From assembly GCA_030141605.1 (NCBI GenBank), contig JAQGDQ010000424.1, positions 1 through 64,000 on the forward strand: 64,000 nucleotides of DNA. Direction: 5' to 3'. Below the pieces are notes generated by a model. That model saw only the letters and a list, made by a program, of their open reading frames with translations. It did not search any database and had not been told where the DNA came from. The stretch comes from Tubiluchus corallicola (taxonomy: Eukaryota > Animalia > Priapulida). The translations under genes were made by a program, and so were the position numbers. Each line of letters starts with the position of its first letter. Position 1 is the first letter of the stretch. Shown here one piece after another: positions 12,823 through 24,793 of this stretch.

Positions 12823-12949
12823 CACTTTTGCAGTTTCTTCCAATAAAACCCGGAGCACAATGGCACAGATATGCATCCAAATTTTCCTCACATGTTGCAT
12901 TATTTTCACACGGGTTCGACGAACAGTAAGGCTCGATGATAAACCAGCC
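12823..12949 (-). CDS. PKD1/REJ-like gene exon 15: chimeric REJ/EGF exon, phase 0 to 1
   Basis: ttctag|GGC TGG TTT ATC ATC GAG CCT TAC TGT...AAA AGT G|gtatct; GWFIIEPYCSSNPCENNATCEENLDAYLCHCAPGFIGRNCKS; phases join the two 668-nt exons in frame. Confidence 0.88.
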
Positions 12950-13094
12950 CTAGAATGATAGTGAGAACTATGCAAGCTATTTCTGTTGACTAATGTCACT
13001 GACACTTTTGTGCATGGAGTAATGAAACTTTAGTGCTGTGATAACGACATAATATTGTATTACAGTTAGTTCAATAATAGAAGTAATAGTAGCA

Positions 13095-13645
13095 GTTGTA
13101 CCAGCAGCATCATCATCATCGTCATCTTCATCTTCATCATCATCATCATCAGCATCATCATCACCACAACCACCACCAACACAACCACCACCACCACCAT
13201 CATCATTATCATTATCATCAACATTGTCATCTTTGTTGTCATCATTACGATCAAAATCATCATCGGTCTTGTGATCAGCATCACCATCATCACCATAAGC
13301 TTCAGCAGCAGAATGTTGCTACTACTACTATAATGTTGCTTTTATTAGTGCAAGTAATACTGCCACTGCTACTGCCACTGCCACTGCCACTGCCACTGCC
13401 ACTACCACTGCCACTACAACTGCCACTACAATTACCACTACCGCTGCCACTGCCACTGCCACTGTCACTGCCACCACCACTGCCATTGCCACTACCACTG
13501 CCATTACCACTACCACTACCACTACCACTACCACTGCCACTGCCACTGCCACTGCCACTGCCACTGCCACTGTCACTGTCACTGCCACCACCACTGCCAT
13601 TGCCACTACCACTGCCATTACCACTACCACTGCCACTACTGCTAC
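13095..13645. repeat. Compound microsatellite (CAT/CAC)n followed by (CCACTG/CCACTA)n
   Basis: Directly visible; it produces the His-rich, PL-repeat and VA-repeat ORFs in the track. Confidence 0.95.
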
Positions 13646-13756
13646 ATGTTAGTCAACTTACATAAATGTAATAGTATATTACACAATTTTAATTGTCTTT
13701 CCAATTTGTAATGCACAACTAAGAAACTGCTACAAGTTAAAATAGAGGAAATGTAA

Positions 13757-14597
13757 GTCCGCGTTTCCACCGCATCCGCACAGACACAGACTTTTCTGTC
13801 TGCACGTTTTACGTCCGCAAAAGTTGTTTCCATTGGGACCGCACTCATTCCGTAAGCCTTAAACTTATCTATTGTAGCTTTTCTCCTTCTTATTACTAAT
13901 ATGTTGCAGTCGATTATGATTTTGCACGTCCATATGTTGCAATTTTTACAGCTTGTTTTCTAAGAAAATTGAAACAGACTAGTTGAATTCACGTCAAATA
14001 AAAAGTGGCTTTTATTATAAAATAACAAGTTTTGGAGCTAATTATTTTCTCCATGTAACAGCACAACAAAGCAATGCAATTTTCAGGGCAAAGCGAAATA
14101 TTGTGGCAATAGAGAGTCTAGATAAATGAAAGTACTACAAATTTAAAAAATGCATATTCATAGCATCGCAAAATCAAGCCTAAATGTACAGAAATATTAA
14201 TTTAACAACAAAACTACAAATATTCTACCTTCGGTATTAAGTTGAAAGGCCACTTCGGCGCACAGTTGTCTTGTAAAATTAAAATCCCCGTGGCTGTATT
14301 TATGATTACTTTTATCATACGAAGCAGGTCTGATCTCCACAGCGTGCACGATCTGCTTGTCCTGCATTATAAAAATGAGCTTGTTCGTCCGCACAAAAAA
14401 AGGATTCAACAATTAAAGTGCGGATCTGGGCGTATACGTGACTTTCCATGCGGACGCAGTGGAAACGACAGACGCGTAAAACAATGGTATTCAAAGGCGG
14501 GCCATCGTATCAATTTTTTTCTGTGTGAGTCATACAGGAAAAGTCTGTGTCGGTGCGTGTCTGTGCGTGTCTGTGCAGACGCAGTGGAAACGCAGTC
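13757..14597. mobile_element. PIF/Harbinger-like MITE with TAA target duplication
   Basis: TAA-gtccgcgtttccaccgcatccgca...tgcagacgcagtggaaacgcagtc-TAA; the empty site gagTAAtacttattaaattc is in the paralogous intron at ~9831-9850. Confidence 0.85.
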
Positions 14598-14924
14598 TAA
14601 TACTTATTAAATTCATCTCTAAGATGATTGAGGAAATATTACTGTCATTCCAGTGCAACTAAACTTGGAAACACGACGAACAAAATCTCTGTCAGCCACA
14701 TCTGTGCTGACTTGACTGTGCTGATAATAATTAAGAAAATTTCACATAAGATGTAAGAAATAAATCGATAAAATTTTCAATAGCTATTCAACTAATATCT
14801 TACTTTTATAAGAGATATGAAATAAAGAAAATGTGATCACCATTTTTAAGATAATAAATCAGAAAATGAACTCGAAACTTAAGAGTAACAAATGAAATTA
14901 TTTCAACAACTAAAATAAACTAAC

Positions 14925-15592
14925 CTGATCCATTTCTTGAGTTTTGTTACCTAAAAACTCCAAGGTAACAGTAAGACACGCAACATACATGCCAAAGTCA
15001 AAAAGTCTTGCGTCTATTGAAATGTTTTCTCTAGTAACTTCCACATGGTCTCGTAATTCTAAGCTGCCTGATGACGACGCACAAGCAGTAAAAGAGTTTT
15101 CCTGAAAAATCCGCCACTCGTACGTTTTTGAAAAAGGACAAACGCTGTGCACATCTGACACGAGGATAAGAGTCTCTGTTCTCTTGAATTTCACAGCTTC
15201 GGTTTTACTAGAACCAACACCCACAATTTCAACATCCACAGTACACTTTGGTAATGTTGTAACGTTTACAACAACAGATGCAGTCGAACTGTAATGCAGG
15301 CCAATGGAACCGATGACAGCCACTGTATAAACACCTGGCTCCCAAAAAGTATGCGACCTTCGAAGGGAACCACCAGTTAGCGTCTCGGATTCACTGTTTC
15401 CAGCTGGTTGTGTTACAATGAAATCACTATTATTGAGAGTGAAAGAGACGTCGCTTCCAACGCTCCACACAAACGAAACTTCGGGACCAACGTAGTCGGA
15501 CACAAAGACGAAAGTGATAGGAACAGATGTGTAATATTCATGATAACCCTCTTCAATGGGTAGAACCACTAAAGACATGTTCAACTCAATCT
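14925..15592 (-). CDS. PKD1/REJ-like gene exon 14 (PKD domain + REJ N-terminus, copy 1), 668 nt
   Basis: ttcag|AG ATT GAG...GAT CAG|gttagt; SHTFWEPGVYTVAV PKD motif; phase 1 to 0. Confidence 0.9.
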
Positions 15593-16372
15593 CTGAAATT
15601 CAAAACAGAAATTATTACTTCAATCAGGAAGCATGGATGTTACAATATGTTCGTTTGATATCATAAATCATAAAAAATCACAAATCTATTGGAGATCTAC
15701 TCATCCAAGTTAAACTTCCATCTATCCACATCCCATCCATCTCCCATCCATCTACTTATAATTTATAATTTATTGGGTGACAGTACATTAACAAAATTAT
15801 GCGATCATTAGTCACAAGGTGGTACGTAGCACATTAACAAACAAGAAAGACAAAAACAACATCAAATTATGATGTATGCCATAAACCCAACTTCACATAC
15901 ACATTCAACACACAAATTAACAATCCAATTTATAAACACAAAATTGTATAGCTTCCTCTTATTCTTCGAAGAATTATAGCACCAAGCCGAAGTCACCACC
16001 ATTTTTTTGTAATTGTTGCATTCGCTGTGTAACTAACCATCTTGAGATTGGTAGTCTGGGCATATGATTTTTTACAGCCATTTCTAATTTACTGGGTGAA
16101 AATACATTGAAATTATACGGTCATTAATTACAAAGTACCAGGCAAAACAAATGTATGTACAAGATGGTACGTAGCACATTAGTAAACAAAAAAACAAGAA
16201 CAACATCAAACACTGATGTATGTCATCAACCCAACTTCACATAAACATTCAAAACACTAAAATTAACAATACAATTTTATGAATACAAAATTCTATAGCT
16301 TCTTCTTGTTTACAAAACATTTATTAATTAGGTTACAAACAATTGTTAGTATTTCTAGATCTTTGCTCCCTA

Positions 16373-17447
16373 CCAAAAACAAATATTTGTCAACATTATG
16401 CAACATTGTTCAAAAACAAAAATTTGTCAACATTGTTTATCACTGTTCAAAACCAAATATTTGTCAACATTGTTCAACATTGTTCAAAAACAAATATTTG
16501 TCAACATTATGCAACATTGTTCAAAAACAAACATTTGTCAACATTGTTCAAAAACAAATATTTGTCAACATTGTTTATCACTGTTCAAAACCAAATATTT
16601 GTCAACATTGTTCAACATTGTTCAAAAACAAATATTTGTCAACATTATGCAACACTGTTCAAAAACAAATATTTGTCAACATTATGCAACATTGTTCAAA
16701 AACAAACATTTGTCAACATTGTTCAAAAACAAATATTTGTCAACATTGTTTATCACTATTCAAAAACAAATATTTGTCAACATTGTTTATCACTGTTCAA
16801 AAACAAATATTTGTCAACATTATGCAACATTGTTCAAAAACAAATATTTGTCAACATTGTTTATCACTATTCAAAAACAAATATTTGTCAACATTGTTCA
16901 AAAACAAATATTTGTCAACATTGTTCAACATTGTTCAAAAACAAATATTTGTCAACATTGTTTATCACTATTCAAAAACAAATATTTGTCAACATTGTTT
17001 ATCACTGTTCAAAAACAAATATTTGTCAACATTGTTCAACATTGTTCAAAAACAAATATTTGTCAACATTGTTTATCACTATTCAAAAACAAATATTTGT
17101 CAACATTGTTCAACATTGTTCAAAAACAAATATTTGTCAACATTGTTTATCACTATTCAAAAACAAATATTTGTCAACATTGTTCAACATTGTTCAAAAA
17201 CAAATATTTGTCAACATTGTTTATCACTGTTCAAAAACAAATATTTGTCAACATTGTTCAACATTGTTCAAAAACAAATATTTGTCAACATTGTTTATCA
17301 CTATTCAAAAACAAATATTTGTCAACATTGTTCAACATTGTTCAAAAACAAATATTTGTCAACATTGTGTTTATCACTATTCAAAAACAAATATTTGTCA
17401 ACATTGTTCAACATTGTTCAAAAACAAATATTTATCAACATTGTTCA
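16373..17447. repeat. AT-rich satellite of ~25/35-bp composite units
   Basis: Core caaaaacaaatatttgtcaacattgtt followed variably by tatcact(a/g)tt, caacattgtt or nothing. Confidence 0.97.
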
Positions 17448-18094
17448 TAATCGAGACATCTGCTTGAGGTTTTAGGGAAGGCCATCTTTCTGTCAATTTT
17501 ATATTGATCGCAGTTTATTAAAAAATGTTACTCATCTTCAATATCTGACTCTCTGCAAAACATGCAAACTCAGTGATTAACAGGAAGCTGTTTTGGTTTA
17601 CGATGGCTTCCTGTTTCAACAGCCAAAGTATGCGAACTAATCCGGAATTTCGCAAAAGCTTTTCTAAGCTATCAAATAATTTTCAAGCTCAAACTCAAGT
17701 TTAAATTTTCAATGGTTTTTTTTATATATTACATATTATATATTTATTTATTTATTAAATATATCCACAATGATCATTACAGCATTGTACATAAAAGTAT
17801 TTAATAACATATTTATTATTATGTACACAAGATGCCAAGCCGCAAATGACCTGTGGGGTACTCAAGAATTACTTGTTTAGAGTACCCCAAATGAATGTGG
17901 ACTGAGTGTAATAGAAAAGAGCAGTAAAGGAGTAGAAAGAAAGGTTAATAGAGAATAGAAAGAGGAGAAAGATGTGATGGTATCTGTATGAAGTAACGTG
18001 AACTATAGAAATGTAAAAATTGACATAGCCACTTCTAACATATGGTTTCTAACCTTATTACCTTCATTATAATGTTATTATTGATTTAAATCAC

Positions 18095-18490
18095 TACAGG
18101 TGCTAGTTGGGATGAAAAGCTCGATAAACATTTAACTAATGCGGCACAGAACTGGTTTAGTGAACTGACGTATTTCAACAATATTGAAGTACCTAGACGT
18201 ATTAAACTGAGCAACATTGCTGGCGCCAGCATTCTGCACACGTCACAGGATGCTTACGGAGCTCTCGCTTATTTAAGGATCACTGATGTGGATGGTCTCC
18301 TGCCAATTTGTTGCAGCAGAAACTCATGTTGCTCCACTTAACGCGGTCAGCGTACAACGACTCGATATGATGGCAGAAATTTTAGGACTACGCTGGCTTG
18401 CCGAATCTATTAGCAAAGTATTGCAACTGTCAATCAAATCTAGCTATTTTCGGTCGGACAGTATGAACACTCTTTGGTGGATCAGATTTG
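18095..18490 (+). mobile_element. Degenerate BEL/Pao LTR retrotransposon fragment (RNase H region)
   Basis: GASWDEKL...WFSEL...IEVPR, SQDAYGALAYLR, HVAPLNAVSVQRLD and YFRSDSMNTLWWI resemble Pao pol motifs; frameshifted. Confidence 0.8.
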
Positions 18491-18796
18491 CTTCACTATT
18501 TTTTAAGGTAGGATGGTTAATTTCGAGTTTCCAAATAAAATGCTTTGTATTGATGGTAGCTTGATTTTCCCAAACATGTGTAAACCCAAGATGTGCTAAA
18601 ATATCTTTTCCAAAATCTACCCAGTTATTGATTCTATTGTGACAGTGATTAAGTCACATCAGCGGAATTAATAAATGCTAAACTGTAATTTGTCTCTGTG
18701 TACTTCACGCGATTGGTCTATGCACAGAAAATAAATTTTTGACATAAACTGAATTGAATATCAGCTATTCCGCCAAGTAAGAAAAATTACTGATAC

Positions 18797-18904
18797 CTTT
18801 TTCACAATGTGTTCCAATGACACCCGGAACACAACTGCACAGATACGTATCCACCTCTTCATGACATGTTCCATTATTCTGACACGGGTTCGACAGACAT
18901 TTAA
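18797..18904 (-). CDS. PKD1/REJ-like gene exon 13 (EGF-like), phase 1-1
   Basis: ttgcag|TT AAA TGT...GAA AAA G|gtatca; [35 protein letters not shown]. Confidence 0.9.
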
Positions 18905-19107
18905 CTGCAAAATGAGCACAAAAACATTCACATAAGCTTTATAATGCAGACAAACAAACAAATAAATAAATAAACACAATAACTGACAACATTATAAGCA
19001 TGACAAAGTGGAAGCCAATGTAGTTTTTATGAAGAGAGACTTCTTTACTTCTCTCTTGTAAAGAAATGCTTTAAAGGTTCTTCTCAAATCACAAACTCTG
19101 TTGAATT

Positions 19108-19490
19108 ATGAATTGAATTTATTCCACAGCAACACAAACATACATACAAATAGTTATTACATTGAAAAAAATTATAAACTAAACGAGTTACTGTGAGGAG
19201 GAGGCAGGAGAATTAAGCTTTCCAGTCCTCCTCCAGATAAGTGGAACAATTGACAATTAAATTACATAGTATTTTCATCAGTTATAACGTACATTAGAAC
19301 AAAATAAGTTTTGTTAGTAACTTAAGATCAGGATGAGTAAAACTGTGAGTTAATTATACCGCTGTAGTAAGTAATTCTTTGATGCTTTTTTAAATTGATA
19401 AAGATTAAGAGTTTTCATTTCACGCAGAATTGATGACCATATTTTAATAGCATTATATTTTGACGACTGTCTAATTATAATTGTTTTTGG
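19108..19490 (-). mobile_element. Degenerate L2/CR1-type LINE 3' end
   Basis: Minus-strand translation NAIKIWSSILREMKTLNLYQFKKASKNYLL resembles an L2 ORF2 end; followed by an AATAAA plus short-repeat tail. Confidence 0.5.
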
Positions 19491-19732
19491 AAGAGAGAGT
19501 ACATAGTTTCAATAAATTTTTCCATCAAGGTAAATTTTTCCAATGCAAATGCAAAATATAAAATTTCAGTACAAGATCTTCGATCTACATGTGATAATCT
19601 GCTGGATCCTGTCATCAAAACAATCGGTGCATTTATACTGCTATGCACATCTCATTATTTGAAAGGCATGACATTTCACACTATCACTATTCTAGGTTTC
19701 CATTTTGACAAAGAACCAAAAAAAACTCATAC

Positions 19733-20011
19733 CAATAATCATGTATGTGTTGTAGCGCCATTCGCTTCCGCAGATTGCACGTTCGTCCTTTTTGCACTCC
19801 ATCCAACAGTCGTCTTCTGGCATTTTGTAATGAGCAACCTTCCCGCCGCACACACATGTGGTGCCATTCTTCAAACCGAACAATCCAAATCCCTCCATCT
19901 GGCAGTGCTCTGCACATAATTTCGGACTGGATAATTCGGTCTCCACAGGCTCTTTTCCGTGAATGGCTGGATACGCCTGCTTGGCATAACAGCCAAGATA
20001 CCTATATTTGA
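19733..20011 (-). CDS. PKD1/REJ-like gene exon 12 (WSC domain 4), phase 1-1
   Basis: tttttag|TC AAA TAT AGG TAT CTT GGC TGT TAT...ATT ATT G|gtatga; YLGCY...CAEHC...GLKNGTTCVCG...C...C...ICG WSC pattern. Confidence 0.9.
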
Positions 20012-20247
20012 CTAAAAATAGTTAAGCATTTTTTATCATTTTTGGCCATGAATGCGTGTCAAACCTGCATCGAATTGAATTTCACTGTTGTCTACAGTGT
20101 ATTTTGGTTTTTATAATATTATGAGGCTTCACAGACACATTTCAGGTTAACAGACGCGCATGATGGTTTAATTTACGGTTTAACTTCAATGTACCTGTAT
20201 ATTCTTTGTGCTTACCTGAATGTTAAAGCAAGATAATTATACCATTA

Positions 20248-20775
20248 CAGTGTCTCCCTCGCTACTTCGGGGTTCCTTTATCGCGGACTCGCTGTTTCGC
20301 GGGTTTTCAAAAATATTAATGTAAAATATTTATCGCGGTATTTTCGCTGTTTCGCGGGTTTTTGTGGTACTCCGTCTAAAGTACTTTTGCACATGTGTGG
20401 TACGTATTGTACAGTAATGTATAGATTTGATGAATTTTGCATAAAAAATCACAAAATGTATAAAAATAAATGAAAAATATTAATTCTAACATTAAAAGAA
20501 CATTATAAATCATAAAAAATTACCATTTACAGTAAATAGTGTGTTTATTCGGCGGATGAATACACACCAAAAATCGGAAGATCGTACGCTGCAGTTGGCT
20601 GCCATTACGGGATCAACGAATCTACGGTTCGTTATATCAAGAGTGTGGGGAGGGTTTATAAAGACTTAAAATAATGTATAACTACTAAAATAAGTATAGC
20701 GCCCCTACTTCGTGGAAATTTACTTATCGCTGGTGGGCCTGGAACGGAACACCCGCGATAAGTGAGGGAACACTG
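20248..20775. mobile_element. Tc1/pogo (Tigger-like) MITE family A
   Basis: TA-cagtgtctccctcgctacttcg...cgcgataagtgagggaacactg-TA; six family members in this window. Confidence 0.88.
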
Positions 20776-21882
20776 TATACCAAACTTACCATTATTGTCA
20801 GATATCATTAGTTAAGCGAACTATGCAGTCGCAGAAATTTACAAAAAAAAACAAACACAGATATAAATGTGGGGGAAACCTAAAAGTTTGCTCATAATAC
20901 GAACTATTTCACTCTTAATAAATAGGTAAAACTTCAGCATATATTTCGCAATGTGCCGCTGTATTACTCAGGCTAACATTTTTTTAATTCCTGCAGTTAG
21001 AAATGATGATACTGAGCCTATAAGATTCAAGAAAATTACGAATGAAACATAAGTGTATCCACATAAGGTTTACCTGGAGAAACGTAATGAGGAGTATAGA
21101 GACTGACTTTGCTGAGTAAGTCATACGTACTACAGTGCAACATTCGCAACAAAAGTCTCGTACTGATACCGTTGCTACAATTATCCAATTAAGAGAAGCA
21201 ACCAGGGGCACATCAACACAATACGATGCCACAAGTTGACAGTTCTGTCCCGTCCACCTCTATTGCGAATTTAAGTTGTTTACGTAATGAACAATTACTT
21301 GTGGTATATTAGAAACACTATTAACCTAGTTTTCTTTGTAGTCATTATTAATTACATATATTTCCATAGCGCTTATATTAAAATAGGCTGCGCAACTGCT
21401 TGTCGTGTAATACCTTGCACCTGTTCGTTACGTGGCATTTATATAAAAGTTGAGCTCAGTAACTGCCTGTGGTGTGTTAAAAATGTGCCCTTTTATGAAA
21501 GTACACACATTTTCCGAGGAAAATGAGAATTTTTTCTAAAACGTGACGTCGTCAAAGTTCGGCACTCTAGGCTATAGTTTAGTTACCCTATTGCTAAATA
21601 CGCCCCTGGAAGCAACACTGACAAGTTGGTGCTACGATATTAATGCATTTCTTACAGACATTTTAAGTTTCAACTTCTGCTTTTAACTTTGATCAATTTG
21701 CCACCCACTGAACCAAGTCTCTGTAGTGTGTTTTCAGGACAGCAAGGTGTCACAATGCAAACGCATTAGAGCTGTCTGATTTTGCTCATTTTTCTCAATG
21801 TACGGCTACAACTATTACCATGATGCAAAATTTTCAGCTGACAGCACTCTCATTCCCAATATAGTTTTGCTAAAACCCACAT

Positions 21883-22931
21883 AAGAGAAACCGCTATAGT
21901 TAGGTACTGTTAAGCAAGATATACAGGTGGTTTTGGGCAAACAGGAAGACATTAATCAGTAGATATATGAATAAAACACATAGAATGTTTAACTTATATG
22001 ATTTAAGCAGTATTGATTTTTGCCTCTGTAACATATCTCAATTCTTGTACATTACCTTCTATGGAAGTCTTGGCCTCGTTTAACGACATTTCGCTTAACG
22101 TCGCATTCTGTTGGAATGCATTAGCATCGTATAGCGAGGACTTACTGTAATTTTTAGTTTACACCTGAACTGCGGCATATATTAAATTTATAATAACGTA
22201 AAATATTTTAGTATAAGCGTTAGTGATGTGATCACTATAAATTATTTTAGTTATCCACTATTACAGGCATCACCTGCTATTCTGACGCTGTTCCATAAGC
22301 AGTTGTTTTCTTTGTATTTCAATATGGGAAATCTTTGCTGTGCAAAAAATGAAAGCCTGATTCCATTTCAGTACATGTGCCTCTTAGAAAGATGATGGAA
22401 GTGGTGCGTGGAGAAAATGCAAATTCTTAGATAGTTTTCTAGCAACAGACGACAATATTTCAAGAAGAAAAGTCCTAGCACTAGCTGAATATTCCAAATT
22501 TGTAAACATTTTTTAAAGTAAGAGGATCAGTCTAGAAATACGACTAAGAATTTTTGCCGCACTTGTGGAAACTGTGTTTGTCTACAACTCAGAATTGTAG
22601 GACAATCAAAGCACAACGCAAATCATTTATGGTTGCTCAAGTAATGAGCCGGTTAAACAATTACTTGTGGTGTATTAGAAACACTGTTAACCTAGTTTCT
22701 ACGTAGTCATTATTAATTACATGTATTTGCGTAGCACTTATATTCAAGCAGGCTGGCCAATTGCTTGTTGTGTAATACCTTGCACCTGTTCGTTACGTGG
22801 CAGTTATATAAAAAATGGCCTCAGTAACTGCCTGTGGTGTGTTATAAAATGTGCACTTTACATGAAAATCAAAGTATACATATTTTCTAAGGAGAATAAG
22901 AATTTTTTCTAAAATGTGACGTCCTCAAACT
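21883..22931. repeat. ~1.05-kb composite segment, inverted copy of 36469-37516
   Basis: Continuous reverse-complement match spanning a MITE end, unique sequence, an RTE-like fragment and a second repeat; roughly 90-95% identity by eye. Confidence 0.92.
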
Positions 22932-23066
22932 GATAAATAAATGATAAGTTAGTATATCCTATGTGGGTCCAGCTTGGTACAACTTGCACCACACTTACAC
23001 CTTGAAAAGTCATGGGTCCTTGACCCCAATCGACAGTAATGCCGAAAAAGCTCTGTAATTACCCAC

Positions 23067-23192
23067 CTCTTCGACACAGCAGGCCATAGAAACCTTTCTT
23101 ACACTTGCAGGAAAGGGAAGGCGGCTCATTGTGACAAGAAGTGGTATAACTACTGTTGCACAGGTTGCACTTGTGTTCGATGTCCTTCATAA
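23067..23192 (-). CDS. PKD1/REJ-like gene exon 11 (atypical EGF-like), phase 1-1
   Basis: catttag|TT ATG AAG...CGA AGA G|gtgggt; MKDIEHKCNLCNSSYTTSCHNEPPSLSCKCKKGFYGLLCRR, 6 Cys with C.C..GF.G..C. Confidence 0.8.
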
Positions 23193-23295
23193 CTAAATGA
23201 ACAAATAAACAACAAACATTATTATACATATGGTACAGCGAGCAGTTGCTGTATGATTGTATGTATTTTACCTGATAAAAAGTTTATCTACTTAC

Positions 23296-23418
23296 CTATT
23301 TCACAATCTCTTCCTCCAATCACTGGTCCACATTTACAATCATAGAAGCCAGGATAGTTTGCATCAACTTCACACGTACCGTTATTCTGACAGGGATTTG
23401 GTTCACAAGGATTCGCCA
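23296..23418 (-). CDS. PKD1/REJ-like gene exon 10 (EGF-like), phase 1-1
   Basis: ttttcag|TG GCG AAT...GAA ATA G|gtaagt; [40 protein letters not shown]. Confidence 0.9.
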
Positions 23419-23938
23419 CTGAAAACATAGTATATTTACTGAAGCAACATGACACCAGAAACAGATGAAAAAATTTACCTTATTAGTTTAGTGAACGTAG
23501 TGTGACCAAAGTTAAGCTACATTGAACTTGGTTGGAAATGAATGGGTGATGTCTAATAAACTACTTCTGGGTGCTCTCATTTGTTCAACGCACTAGCCAT
23601 GGATATTTTATCTCATTCAGATGAAATAATATACTGGGTGGTGCTTAAAATGCACCAAAGTTTAGACTCAATCAATCAATCAATCAATTTATTTCACTCC
23701 AGCAATACATATACAAATACATCAACATATAATATTATTGAAACAAAAAAAGCAGTTTTGGGAAAAAAACGTTGATGAAGTCAAATTAACCAAATAAAAG
23801 ACACCTTGAAAGCTTGAAGCGAGACTACAATAATATTAGAAGTAATGTTCTACAAAGTTAAAATTTCACTGTGTTGTACAACAGTAAATTAGCTTTTGAT
23901 GGTGAAAATTACAAGTTTATAGCTTAAGTGGTTTTTAA

Positions 23939-24336
23939 CCCTTTCACTACTGAAGGTGGCACACTGCCACCTAAGTTTTTCATGCAAGGGACAGAAGACG
24001 GTAGACTGCCGCCCAAGTTCGGCACTAAGTGCAGTCACCCAGGTCTGTTTATTTCACTGCAACGGCCATGCAAAAACATTGTAGAAAAGTTTGACAGCCG
24101 TGGGATGGGGTTGCTTTGCAACAAGTAACACTTAGCCAGCCAAGCCAGGTGCATTCCATAATACTGTACTGTATGGTATGTTCCCAAACAAAATCACTTG
24201 TAGATCGTTGATGAAACGTATGTTTAGTTACTTGTTCTGCATTCTTATAAAATGGTTGCATATTATGGATTAGTATTGTGTCTTGTGAAAATTGATTTCT
24301 AAATATAAGTGCATGCCTATTTTGACGGTGTGCATG

Positions 24337-24368
<32 letters not shown>

Positions 24369-24524
24369 CATGTGTGTGTGCGTTCGAGTGCATGTGTAAA
24401 AATAAAACTAATATTTAATATTAGTACTCAATAATGAACAACTATTTGTTTATTTACAAGGTTCTGTTTTGTAACACACCACAAGAACTTATTGTCAAAT
24501 GTCCAAAAAGCAGTAGTGAAAGGG
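23939..24524. mobile_element. piggyBac-like MITE, opposite orientation to 10906-11510
   Basis: TTAA-ccctttcactactg...cagtagtgaaaggg-TTAA; internal sequence is homologous to the first copy. Confidence 0.85.
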
Positions 24525-24793
24525 TTAACTTATGGCTGAAAAGCTTTTGTATGCTAAAAATAATAAAAAGCCGGAACAACGACAACTAATCATCACGGTC
24601 ATGTTGATGTATAAAACACTGACACATAAGCAACCAGTTTAAGTTCTCGTCTTCATCACAAAAAATAAATTACTGTTAACGATTTGTTGCCAAGAAAAAA
24701 TGAGACTCAATCCTCAGGATTATGGTATCTGGAATCTCTTTTAACAGAAAGTGTAGAATCGCTGCACAAAGCCGTTTACCACAAAGCAACTGC

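Noticed and set aside
13066-13665. His-rich, PL-repeat and VA-repeat ORFs
   Set aside because: Microsatellite by-products within an intron whose paralog has only a short tract.
16279-17475. Three overlapping 350-398-aa ORFs
   Set aside because: Translations of a stop-free satellite; all frames give permutations of the same peptides.
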